A stretch of 64,000 nt of DNA from Marsupella aquatica (taxonomy: Eukaryota > Plantae > Marchantiophyta), in NCBI GenBank assembly GCA_973895155.1, contig OZ316891.1:16829651-16893650 (forward strand), written 5' to 3'. The translations under genes and the position numbers were made by a program. This document shows, one piece after another, positions 38,591 through 51,395 of the stretch (positions within the stretch are counted from its first letter, which is position 1; each line of letters opens with the position of its first letter). Below the pieces are notes generated by a model. That model had not been told where the DNA came from. It made no database searches and was given only the letters and a program-made list of their open reading frames with translations.

Positions 38591-41500
38591 ATGCACCCTG
38601 GTCACCACCCTCCCCAGACCCAGCCTAGGGCACAGGCACTGCCTTTGCATCATCCCACAAGGATATCACGCCATGATAATAAGCTTTGGCAACGTGAAAG
38701 GTTACGAACCAGACTTTCAGGAGCCAGTAGGATGAGATGTCCTTGTGCAATCTGCCAAGGATCCCGTACCAGGGGTCTGAATGAGGTTTGGCGGCATATC
38801 GCGGTTCATGGAAGAGATCCACAACATCGAGTTTGGAATGATTCTGCAGAGGAAGATTCTTCCGACGAGGAGTGGAGGTTAGAATTTGATGCTGCCAATG
38901 CTGCAAGACGGGCAAGTGAGGTTCTACCTGGTGCATTTGAAAATGTTGTAGCTGGTCTCTGTGGGTTGTCAGCTCTCCAACGGGATGGTGCTCAGGCAGC
39001 ACCACGTGACGAAGGAATTCATGTGGAAGAGATGGTGAGAGACATCTTCCAAGACTTGGATGCATTTCACGATGGGCTGGACAACGAAGAGGATACGGCT
39101 GCAGATGCAAGTGTGTCCCCTGTCAAAGAGCCTCTTGATGAGTTTGAGATAGGGCAGGAAACCCCTGGGCATGATGGGATGTTTGGCTCTCCCCTGCAAA
39201 TACAGGAAGGCAGGAAGTCTTTGTACCCCGATAGCAAATGTTCTAAACTGGGATTTGTCATCATGTTCCTGAACATTTGCGGCAACCACAATGTCCCCAA
39301 CGTTTTGGTTTCTGAGTTGTTGGCATTCTTGCGAACAACTGTGCTACCATCTGGTAATATTTTGCCCAAGAACATGTACGAGGCAAAAAGATGCATATCT
39401 AATCTTGGATTGAACTATGATTCCATCCATGCCTGTCCTGATGGGCATGTTTTTTTCAGAAAGGAGTATAAAGAATCGTTGACATGCCCTAAGTGTGGGA
39501 AGCACAGGTATCGGAACTCAGGAAAGTCTATGGTTCCCGCCAAGGTACTTCGTCATTTTCCACTCATTCCCAGACTTCAGCGGATGTTCAAAAGCCGTGC
39601 CATCTCGGAGATGATGACTTGGGCAACTGACAAGAAAAGTGATGATGGGCTACAACGACATGCTGCAGATTCAAGGCAATGGAAACTCATAGATGAGATG
39701 TATCCCGAATTTGCTGCTGAGCCGAGGAATGTCAGACTTGGGCTGTCATTGGATGGGGTAAACCCATTTGGAGACAAGAACAACAAATTTTCATGCTGGC
39801 CTGTAACTATTTTGAATTATAACCTTCCTCCTTGGATGACTACAAAGCGATTTTTTGTTCTAATGGTCCTACTGATACCAGGGCCAGACAGTGTTGTATC
39901 TACCAACATAGATGTGTTTCTGGCTCCCCTAGTGGAGGAATTGAGAAAGCTTTGGGAGGAAGGAGTCCTCACATATGATGTCCCACAGAGGCTTGGGAGG
40001 TTAAACCCATTCATCCTTAGAGCCATCGTCATTCTGACTATAGCTGACTACCCAGCCCATGGGATGATATCAGGCCAAACAACAAAAGGATATTGTGCTT
40101 GTACTATCTGTGGGCGCAAAGTCACGAGTGAGTACTCCAGAGCCCTGCAGAAAGTGATATACATGGGCCATCGTCATTTTTTGAAGGCAGATCACCCTTA
40201 CAGAGAAAGACAGGCACTGATTGCACACTTTGGCAATGAGATTGAGCAACATGGACCCCCGGCACGAGTGACAGTGAGATTAGGCAGTGGGGAGCACTGA
40301 GGGATGACTATATCAAACGAGGGGGCAGGGAAGATGGAGTGAGTGATCCAATAAAGCGATATGGTGTAAAAAGACTGAGCATATTGGACTTGGAGCTCAA
40401 GTATTGGAGGGTAAGCCTCTTGGAGTTGATGCTAATTGGGATACATGTTTTGGTTCAGAGCATGTGCATTCATTTCGAAGAGAGAGACTAAACTTGAGGC
40501 ATTTGTTAACGCTTTTGCATTGCAACGGTGCAGGAGTTTGAGCCAAGCAAACATAACATTGATGTTATGCACATTGAGAAGAATATTTGTGAGAGTCTAC
40601 TCAGATTCTTGTGTGGAGAGAAAGACACTGGTTCAGTGAGATTGGATCTTGAACAGAGGGGAATGAAACCCCATCTTTGGTTGAGGCCACATGCCCATAG
40701 AGCTGATGTGCTCTTGAAGTACCAAGCGCCCTATGTTCTGACAGACACAGAGTGGCAACTATTTGTGCAGAGGTTGAGTTCTTTGAAGGTTCCTTCAAAC
40801 TATGGCAGTGCTTTCAAGAAGCATATCATGACTAGAAAGCTTGGTAGTATGAAAATCCATGACTACCATATGTTGATGCAATAGGTGTTGCCTTTATGTC
40901 TGAGGGGCCTGTTGCAGAAGCCTGTTTGTAATGTGATCATGCGACTCAGTGATGTGTTTTGTCGTATTTGTGTGAAGGTTTGGGATGAAACACACTTCCC
41001 ACAACTGACAGAAGATGTCGCTCAGGTGCTGTGTGACCTGGAGATTTATTTTCCTCCCGCATTTTTTGATGTCATGACCCACCTACTTGTCCATGTTGTG
41101 GAAGAGCTACACCAATTTGGGCCTGTGAGTGCTCGTTGGTTGTACCCTTTGGAACGGTACATGAAGCTACTCAAAGGTCACGTGAGAACATATTACAAAC
41201 CTGAAGCAAGCATGGCTAAAGGTTACATCAAGGATGAGACTTTGGGATTTCTGACCGAATACATAGCACAATATGAGCATGTGAAGACCAGGGTGTGGAA
41301 TTCTGATGAGGAGGAAGGGGTGATAGGTGAAGTACTGGAAGGGGCTGCAACCACAAAGAACCTGACCACATCTATGAGAGACTTGGCACATGACTTTGTA
41401 TTGCACAACACTGTGGTGATGGAACCCTGGATACAGTGAGTGCATACATGTGCTATAATCCAGTTCATGAGCTTAAATGTTGTGTGCGTGTGATTTTCTC

Positions 41501-41772
41501 CTTCAGCCTGTTCATATTTACCCAAGCTAATGCTGTGTGGTTGTTTGTTCAGGAAGTATGAGTCATTGAAGGCGGCCCATCCCACTGCAGGAACAACTTT
41601 TCCAGGTTTCATGGAGTGGATTAGAGTGGCAATTAGAGAGCATCACAAGACCTACCCAGACATGGATGCAGACATTTACCTATTGTCTAATGCCCCTAGC
41701 CTGAAAGTGAAGACTTACAAACGGATGAGAGCATATGGGAATCACTTTTGAGTGAAGGATGGTGACAGTGTT
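38591..41772 (+). pseudogene. CACTA TnpD/TNP2 transposase, copy 1, disrupted
   Basis: Near-identical to 52702-55885, with a frameshift at ~40270, stops at ~40882 and ~41749, and interruption by B2 at 41773. Confidence 0.92.
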
Positions 41773-44700
41773 TGTGATGCCTAGACAGGAATCACTCGGC
41801 AGGTTAAGTGGGTAAAGCAGGAAGGCACCCTAGGAACACCTTAGTATAGTGACAAAACAAGGAAAATATAAACAATTAGGGGCAACCATGGAACCCGGGC
41901 AGAGGCCGGAGGTAAGGCTGAGGGTGAAAACCCGATTAGGGTTAGGGCGCGTTAAGCGTCGGCGGCTAGGAAGGATCAACGGGAAGAAGGACCGGCAGAG
42001 GAGAGGGGTAAGGAGCGCTTGCAGGAGATGGTGGCTCATTTGCGAGCACGAACTAGGTAGACGACTACGGGAGGCCAACTACTGTCAGCTGCTTAGGCAA
42101 GCACTCGGGGAGAGAGTAGATACCGACGATCAACCTAAGGAGGGTATGAGCAACGTCAATCAAGCGGCACATTTCTGGGGATGCCTGTTCGAACGGGCAA
42201 CTGAGTACATCAAGACTTACGAGGACGAGGAGTCAGAAAGGGCAGCTCGAGAACGGTAGGAGCTCGCTCGATTGTGGGAGCTGCAGAACACGGCTTTCTT
42301 AGGAGGAGAACTCATCAAGGACGAGTTCCTGTGGACGCCTACTTCCAATCAACTCGACGATCTTCTGTTTTGCAAAGACAGCGTCGTCGGCATCCGAGAG
42401 GCCATCAAGAACTGCAACGACATACACTGGGAATTAAAGGGTAGCACGGAAAGGTGGACCCAGGCAACGGTGCTAGGAGAAACCTCCACGGCAGCAGAGA
42501 TGAAGAGGAAGGGAGCCGTCAACGATGAAGCCACCCCGGCAAAAAGAACGAGGTCGGCGGCACCAAAGAAGCCAGCCGAGCAGCAGAGCAGGAGGCAGGG
42601 AGAAGCCGAAGAGGAGGAGGTCAATCCCATCAAGGCCATTCCAACCAGGGATGACACCTGGAAGGGCTGGGCGGCAACCCTACCGGTGGAGGTGCAACTA
42701 CATTTTGCACGGGAGGAGGATGCATGCTTTACGGCCATGCAGACCAAGAAGTACCAAGGCTTCATGGCCGGATCCGGCTTGGAGGCCTTTGTAAGATTAC
42801 CATGGCTGAAGCCGGAGGTACCGGAGTCAGACCTATTAGAATTCGTGGGGTCATGGGAACCCGAGACCAATTGCACGAGGATATATGGGAAGGATTTCTA
42901 TCTTACTCCACTAGAAGAAAACCACCCATTCTGAGACCCTCCCCTATGTGACTTGTGCGAGACCTTCATAAATATGCGACTCCAAGTTTGTGGGTGTCAT
43001 GTTAGTTACATCATACCAACTAAGTTTTGGTGAGGTTGTGGGAAGTCATGCTTACAACTTTATCCAATGTCGCTATTGTAACACTAGTAAGTAAGAAATA
43101 GGTAAGTTATGTTAGTTACTCCACAATAGTGCAATATGAATTGGACATCATTTTTTAAAATTCCGTCAGCATGCATACCCCATTAGCCAATTTCGGATGC
43201 CAATCCCTAATATGCAACTCCCGGTGCAACTACATATTGCACACTCATGGTTCAATAAGTCCAAATATAATGGGTATAAATATGGGGGTTTTCATCAGAA
43301 TGGTGGGTACTTTCACTTATAATGTGGATTCATACCTGACTATATTTGGCCTTGTTCTTGACCAAAGTGCACTCTCCCCACATTGAACTTTTTGCTAAGT
43401 CATTTGCATTGGTTCTTTTATGTCCAAACCAACCTGTTTGCTAAGTCACTCGATGGCTGCCCACATGTGAGGGGTACTACTTTCCCTCAGGGTCAGTGTA
43501 CCTTGGAGGTTGGTTTTGCGAGAGATTTTGGGGGTACTACTTGCCCTAAGTGTTCAGGGTCAGTGTGCCGCAGAGGTTGGTTTTGCGAGGGAAATTGGGA
43601 GTCGACGACCTTCATTCCAGCTGCACTCTTCGCGAACTTCCTGCAGGGTCGTTTGAAAGTGTTTGAGCGCGACTGGACTTTAGGGTGCAAATGTGTTTAG
43701 GATTGGGCCTGCTACGAGCGTCAGTGTGGAGGTCTGCCAATCAGTTTTGAGGGGAGTCCATTGTCGCTTTTCAACCTGCTGGTGAGCTAAGCTGCTATTG
43801 AGTTTCAAGTGAGAGCTGCCGACTTGGAGTTGAGCTCTACGAGGTGGTGCCTGAGTGTACATCTGCTCGACATACTTTTGGGAGCTCGTAGTTGGTAGGA
43901 GGGCCAAGTCATTGCACAAAAAGTTGCAGCCGTGACAGTGCAAACTAGCTAGGCGGAGGCTGGTTACTGCAAGCAAGGCGGAGGATCACTGCGAGCTAGG
44001 TGGAGGAATGCTGCGCTGCTTCACATTGTGAAGAGACATGCTGCATCGGCCCAAGTAAGGTTGCATTGACCTATCTATCTCTATGTCTATAAGGTCCTAA
44101 CCGATAGTCTGCTTAGTGAGGTCCTGCTTTAAGCTACATTTGTGCGATTGATTGTGTCCTCAGAAGCTTAACCATCACATGGGGGAACGGTAGCGAGAAA
44201 GGAGGGGTGGAGCCTGATGGTCGCCAAATATTCAAACAGGGTCGCCTTGCTCGATATTGGTCTCATTGTTTTTTGCTACGGTGTGAAGGCGGCGGAGCTT
44301 CTAGTCTGACCTTTGAGTGACTTGCGGTGAGCTTCTAGTGTGGCTATTGAGGTCGACTGACCTGCATTGACCGAGCTGATCAACCTACTGAGCTGCCATT
44401 GGGAGTTGGAGGTTGTGTTGCGTTCAATTTTGGAGTCGGGAGGCTAAATGCGATAGCTCTGTTCCGGGCTCTGTTTAGCTAATGCAGACGTTTCTGCTCA
44501 GGAGACGAGGTAAAATCTATCGACCTTCAAGCTGTTGTGAGGTTCATTGAAGAGGGAGGTTGAATGCCTAGCGCTATGAGGTGAGGAAAGAGAGTATGGC
44601 CAAGCTGCATCTTTAGGGGTTTTGCTTCAGCTTTGACCATCTTTCATCGTCGTAATCGCTGCTCTCGCCTATCGCTACATGGCGGATTGCTGCTCTGCCC

Positions 44701-47566
44701 TTTTGGCATGGGTCGCCGGCCTGCTGGATGCTATCTCCAGTTTAAAAACAAGTCATATCCTAAGTCCCGGTGTTGCAGTAGTGTCCCCGACTCTAAGATG
44801 GAACAGAGTATCATCTTTCTTGTTTCCTGCTGCTGCTGATGTATGTCTATTCTCCCCTATTTTTGCTTACTGATTGGTCTCTCCACGCTTCTTGCTTGAC
44901 TTGCTGCTTCCTTCAATCCCCTATCGCGGACTCACCTCGTGGCTGCAAGTATAGTTGTCTAGGTGATGTATGCATTGCGTGTTTAGGGTCTAGGTGACAT
45001 CGCTGCTGAGCAAAATTCGCGAGCTGCCTAGGTCCATTGCCGAATGCTGCTTCCTTCAATCGCCAGGTGCCTGCTGTTACAATTGCCTACTCAATCATGC
45101 ACCCAATCTCCTGGAGCTCATTCGCCTAGAGCTTCATCCGTCAGATTCAAACTATTATTGGACCTCCCTGTTGCCCGAAGTGTATACACTCCTAGCATTG
45201 TCGTCCCAAACTGCAAAACGCTTCTCCCTGTTCTGTCCTCGTGCTTCACTATTTGTATTCAGGTGTTTTTATCAGTTTCAGAGGGGAGGTCATTGTTTCT
45301 GCAAGTTGTTGGTGAGCTAAGCTTCCGCTGTGTGTAGGTTTAGGGAGTTGCGCGTGCGAGCTAACGACTTGGACCTGAGGCCACAATCTTTTAGGGAGCT
45401 TGGAGTGGAAGCCGACAACTTGGAGCGGGACTTCAACTTGCTATTACTAGCTACCTTGGACAAAGGTGACAGTCAGTAGCGCAAAGGTGAGACTCGGTAG
45501 TTTTAGCGGATTGTTGCTCTGCCCTTTTGCCATGGGTCGCCGGCCTGCCGGATGCTACTAGCAGATTAAGAACAACTCATATCCTAAGTCCCGGTGTTGC
45601 AGTGGTGTCCCCGACCCTAAGATGCCACCCAAAATCATCTTTCTTGTTTCCTGCTGCTGCTGATCATGTATGTATGTTCTCCCCTATTTTTGCTTACTGA
45701 TTGGTCTCTCCACATTTCTTGCTTGACATGACTGTTTTGCTCCTCCCTGTATCAGAACATGCCTTGTGCCCCGTGCTCTGGCAATGGGGTGGGGGGCTGA
45801 ACAGACGGCCTTAAGGTCCACTAAATTTATAGGAACCGTGCAATCGTTCAGCTGATTTTAGCAGCAAGTTCCCTTGCTTTCCCCTATTTTTGCTAAGATC
45901 CCTCCCCACTAATCACATGCATCCTTTACTTTTCTCGGTGGCCCGTGCACCTGCCTTCCTACTTTCGTTCTTATGGACTTTCCTTAGGTTTTCTTTCACC
46001 TGATTTTGGACTTTTTGCTCCGGTGGAATCTGTCTTGACAACTTGTGTTTGTTCTAATTGTTAATATCTCAAGAGGGTCGTCAACTAAGCTCACAGGAGT
46101 CAAAGCTAACTACAAGCTAGCAAATAGGGAGAATGCTCCCAAGTCGAGTCAGGAGGAAGTTACTAAAACTAGACCTTCAGAACTCTCGAAACTGGAAAGT
46201 GAAATTCAGCCTGAGACACGCAGCTGAAGGCCACAAGGATAACTATATGGCCACGCTGTCCCTCATTCAAGTCCAAAGTCCTCTTCAGATTGTCTGAACT
46301 CCTATCTGAACTCCTGAACTGGATGAAGTCCTGTCTGAATGTGAAGTTCAGATTGGCAATCTCAAATGGCAAGTTCTGAACTCTTGTCTGAACTTCATCC
46401 ACCCTTCTAAACTGGGATTTGTGCTACGTGTATAGACTCCACATTGTTGCTTCTCCCTTTCGGGCCAGCCCTCCTTGTGAAACGTAGGAGCACGATCATG
46501 GCACTTACACATAGTCTGACATTCAAAAAATGTTACTTCTCAGCAGCATGTTTCGAGTAGTTTGCCTGTGTGTTGAGCCCGGGGTTGAGCCTAATTATTT
46601 GTTTATTGCTTTAGTAACATGCATGGCCAATTGGTTTCTCTTCATGTAAAGGCAAGTTTTTGAAACTTACTACTTGAATTGGTGGTTTGAATTTAGTTAA
46701 GTGTTGAGAAATTAGCATTCACACTAACTATTTTTCTTTTGTGATTGAGTTCTCTTTGCTATTGAATGTATTGAATAATTATTTCATCACAGAAATTTTC
46801 AGAACAAACACGGAAGCACCAGGGGGCTGAGGATTGGATATTGAGGCTGAAGACATTGAGGTAATAAACTGGGTGTGGTTCGGGTGACAATGTTAGCAAC
46901 TGGTGCTTCTTCAGGGGAACTTCCCATGTGCAAAATATCCACACATGATTGACTTTGGTTCTTGCTGTTTTTCTTTTGGTGTACTCTTCAGTTTGGTGTC
47001 ACTCTATCCTTTCTTGTAGCCTCGAAATAGGAACACACCTGCTTAGTGGTCCCCAATTGCCCAATGATTTATAATGACTGTGTCTAGGCGATGTATGCAT
47101 TGCGTGTTCATTCCAGAAGAATGAATATGTACACTTTGCACAAACCTGGACAGATTTTGAATGTTATTTATCTGAGTTTCTGTTTGTGAGCTCTGACTTG
47201 GAGCCTTAACATTTGTGTTTTTGTGGGGCTGAGCAGAGTTTGTTCCGTCCAGAAGCTGCTGTACTGAAGTGATCGGCCTCCGGCTTGGAGGTGAATCTTC
47301 AATTTTTTGTGGATCCGAGTGACTTCTGTCCAGCTGAGTTTTGCTTTGTCGGGACGATTGTGTTTGGCTAAGATGCTAGATTGTGGCTTGTCTTCTTGCT
47401 TCCAGCTTGTGTATATTCAATTAATAGAAGTTGGGAACGAGGTGATAATTGAATTTCCTTATATTAAGCATCTTGACCTAGAAACTCAATACATAAACTC
47501 CTGGAGTCCCTCGGGACATAAAATGAGCCAAATTGTTTCAAAATTGGGAACCTACACCCGCACTAC

Positions 47567-47906
47567 TCAAACAAATGTGTTGGGCTTGGTGGCCTTGTAA
47601 GTCGTCTTTAGCTTTCGCGATGGAGGTTGAATCTTGCGGTACGTCAAGGGGAACTTGATCTTTGAATCATGGAACTGCTTGGTACTTTCTCGCTTGCACA
47701 GAGAGACAGGGACTGTCGTAGTCTTGATGATCTGGATGCAAGGGAACCGAACTCTATGACAAGAAGCCATCTCATCATACATCTGCTGTGTGGTTGTTTA
47801 ATGTGGTATCACAATATTTCTTGTACATGTTGGGATAACCTGTACAACTCTGATACCTCACCCAGATACCAAAGTTCTTAATTGTGGTGGGCTTCTTTTC
47901 GAAGAT
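47567..47906 (-). pseudogene. RPL18A: Captured RPL18a last exon, copy 2 (frameshifted near 47790)
   Basis: Homologous to 28108-28449, with a small indel in the LNGAVEQ region. Confidence 0.88.
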
Positions 47907-48901
47907 CTGGTAGACACATTATTCAGCATTTGCTAACTTCGAAACTAGAAGGGTAACACATTAAACAACAGAGAAACTCACAACATCCTCCTTTGGTCCT
48001 TCAGAGTCTGTACTTTGATTATGAAGTTTGATTGAGTTTCTGTTTACTGAAAGAATGTGACTGTGTAAGAGTTCCGTTTGGCAGTGGATTGGTTGAAGCA
48101 CTTCATGCTAGTGTGTTGTCCACAGCTCTTCAACCAGCTTTCGTCTTCCTTGTCTTTCACCACTTACGATGACATCAATTCAGCTAAGACCATAGAAGGT
48201 TCCAAAGCATCTAACTTGTAAAATCGCATTCTGTTACATCAAGGACTAAGGTGTTGGGTGCCAAAGGAGACAGCACAACAAACACGCTGAAAAGACTTCA
48301 GGACTGGGTTCAACAAGGTAGTGAAGGTGCTTAGAGCCATAGTAAGTATGCATTCTGTATTTTTCTCTGTTGATGTGAGCTTGTGCATAATGGGAGTTGT
48401 AGTTGGCAAGAGTTCCAAATATGAATAGATCCAGAAGTATGTGATCATGTACTTGCTCTATAAAGTTCTGAAGATATAAGCATTTTCTGTTAGACCAGGC
48501 AACTTGGGAGTTGGTAAGTGTCACCTGCATCTGAGGGGCTACACCGGGGGCATCAGTGGAGGTTCACTTGCACAACACGACAACCAGTGAATTTTCTCTC
48601 TGCTGCAACCTGCAAGGTGAGACTTTCGGTCTTTCTGGATGAAAAAACAGGATTTTAATACGATTGATATACATGTCCATCGAGAATATGGGTTTATCAC
48701 CAAGCTCTTTGTCTTAGGAAACTCATAAACTCAGAATCAAATATGTACTATGCACGTTTCATGCTATGTGTATACTATGACCTGTAGTTGAGTGGGAACT
48801 GATTAGTTTAGGTGGTTGCTGTTGGCGAGGCAAGTCGACCTCCTGCTCACCTTGCTCATCAAAGGACGTGAACAGAGGACATCACAACAAAAGCAACACT
48901 T

Positions 48902-49351
48902 ATGGTGAGGACCCGCAACGCTGAACATGTGCGACTTGCACGCAAGGCAGAGATGTTGCGCCTTGAGTATGTCAGACTTGGGATCCTTCCAGCCCAGTCT
49001 GCATGGTACTTTGAGTACCCTGTTGTTTCCAGGAACAACTACAGCCGGCCTCTACTTGCTTCAGTACCCTTCCCGACATCCTTGGTATTTGTGTCTCTTG
49101 TACATGACCCGCCACAAATTAGGTGCCAAGGGTGTGTACACAGTTGCCAATATGACTGTCCTGCCTGTAGGGCTTCTGGCCCAGAATTGGATGACCGTTC
49201 TCTTGGATGCCGATTTTTGCATAGAGCATAATGTATCATTTGGAACCACTCGCCATCCTGCAGTGTGCCTGGTGATGTCACTTGTCCTGCCCTCCCAGAC
49301 CCCACCACCGGTGACTTTGGTGTCTACACATGTTTGGATCACATGCTCTAG
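48902..49351 (+). pseudogene. Cys/His-rich ORF, copy 2 (CAA>TAA at ~49229)
   Basis: Colinear with 29551-30000. Confidence 0.4.
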
Positions 49352-50121
49352 AGGACCACTTGTCACACCGCATGCACAGACCAGATACCATTGACCTATA
49401 GCTTAACACTCTGACTTCAACACAGAGGATATTTACTTAAAATTTTGATGTATGAGCAATTTTGGGTCCAGGGTTTAGGGTCAACAGTATATAACTTATA
49501 TCCTATTATGCCTGCACTAAGCAAAATATCCTAATTTAAGAGGCTAGCAAACTCGCATAAAAGTCTCTATTGAAAGACTGCTTTCATGACTGCTTTAACC
49601 TGGTGAACATTGCAACGTTGAATGAATTAATGGGCCATGTGATAATATGCAAAATGATTTATGCCTCACTTATTTGTCTCAGCCACTATCATAACCTATT
49701 TAGGATGTATAAATTTCAACCCTTATGACACTGCTTCATACCAATCCTCTTCGAAGAATGCCTGTTTTACATGTCACGACTATTGTATGTGATTCAAATG
49801 CATGAAATGTTGTTGCAGATCTCCTTTGGTGAATCATAGCCACAATTAAAATTGAGGTGTTGGTGGAGAAATTGTATTAGGGGATCAGTTTTGTGTGTGG
49901 GCTCAACATACCAAAAGTATGTGTGCTCTGCATCCTTGTGTGGCCATTCCAATTCATTGCAGTAGCAAATGCCTTTGTACCTTAAATGCTAAATATATTT
50001 TACTTTCTGTGCAGTCTGCTAAATTGTAGAGTCTATCTAAATGCCTTTGTACCTTAAATGCTAAATATATATTACTTTCTGTGCAGTCTGCTAAATTGTA
50101 GAGTCTATCTCATGCGCAGGC

Positions 50122-50802
50122 ATGGCACGGCCTAAAATTCAAGCCAAAAAGCGTGTGACAGAGGTGAGAAACACAGGTGTACTTGGGGCAGATGCTACTA
50201 ACTTCTCTCCAAGTCAGATTTTCCAGAAGGCAGCTCATTGTTGTGCCATTTGTGACGATGGTGGGGGCCTGGTCATTTGTGAGGGCCCTTGCATGAGGCA
50301 TTTCCACCTCAACCCGGAGTCTGACCTTGCTGCAGAAAACAACTGTCCAGGGGTGGGCCTCCCGTCAACACACCAGGGAGACTGGATGTGCACTGATTGT
50401 TTGGAGAAGCAGGCTAAGTGTGCACAGTGTGGGAAGTTGGGGTCCTATGAGGGCTCTGTTGATGCTGCAGCAAATGTTAGGAAATGTCCAGACCGTTTTT
50501 GTGTGAGATTTTTCTGTTTTGAGTGTTTGCCTGCTCATGCCACAGCTTGCCCACTTCATAGGTGCAAGGCATGTGGTGAGCATGATGATGACTACTGGAC
50601 TGACATAGTCCACTGTGCTAGGTGTCCCACTATGTGGCACTATCATTGCCTGAAAGATCATCAAGCAGAGGGTTATGCTTGTGACAGAGAAATCTATGAT
50701 CACTCTGCACATGGTGTTGATCGATGGATATTTTATTGTCATCGCCATGCCATTGATCCTACCTCGCGCACTCCTGTGAGAGATCACATATCTTGGCTGT
50801 GA
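50122..50802 (+). CDS. Stand-alone EDM2-like composite PHD-finger module (NSD-type PHD array), intact 226 aa
   Basis: CAICDDGG..CEGPCMRHFH / C..C..LGS / CPLHRCKAC / CARCP..WHYHCL / IFYC..H.ID...TPVRDH follows the EDM2 PHD region in order (recalled from memory). Preceded by a GCAG acceptor-like site. Confidence 0.85.
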   Translation: MARPKIQAKKRVTEVRNTGVLGADATNFSPSQIFQKAAHCCAICDDGGGLVICEGPCMRHFHLNPESDLAAENNCPGVGLPSTHQGDWMCTDCLEKQAKCAQCGKLGSYEGSVDAAANVRKCPDRFCVRFFCFECLPAHATACPLHRCKACGEHDDDYWTDIVHCARCPTMWHYHCLKDHQAEGYACDREIYDHSAHGVDRWIFYCHRHAIDPTSRTPVRDHISWL

Positions 50803-51395
50803 AGCTGAACATTGTACATGCACAGTGCACCTGATGTGGATGTACTATTTTTTGAGATTGCAGAGATTCCAATTTTGAAAAGGAGTTGGGTAGGCGAGTT
50901 TATATAGGCAGCACTTATCTTGTGCTCTGGCGTCAGTGGCTGGGTACATGCCTATACAAACTTATCCTTACAAGCCTTCTTGGAAGTATTTAGGCTGAGT
51001 GGTCATTTTCATAAACACTTTCATCACACTGCTAAATTAAAACAGGACTTCTAAGTTGTAAGCGTATAAATTATCAGGCATGCAATTAATCAAATTGCCC
51101 TATAAGTTTGTCATTGAATGTATCCTCCTTTACAACAAAATATGTATGTGCCATGACAAGTTGGTTGCACTTCATTTCACCACGGATATGGATTTTGTAG
51201 TATATATTCAAACAATGTCCTGCATCCGTGCAGGTGCCTAGTACGTATTGTGTGACATATCCCTTGTACCTATCAAAATCGGACCTGAGCACCAGTGGGC
51301 CAGATCAACTCAAAAAGCAGGAATTTTGTTGTCCTTGTATTGTCAGGTGAACCCATTCTTCCAAAATTCACTGTCATCACGTAGGGTGTGTGTAC

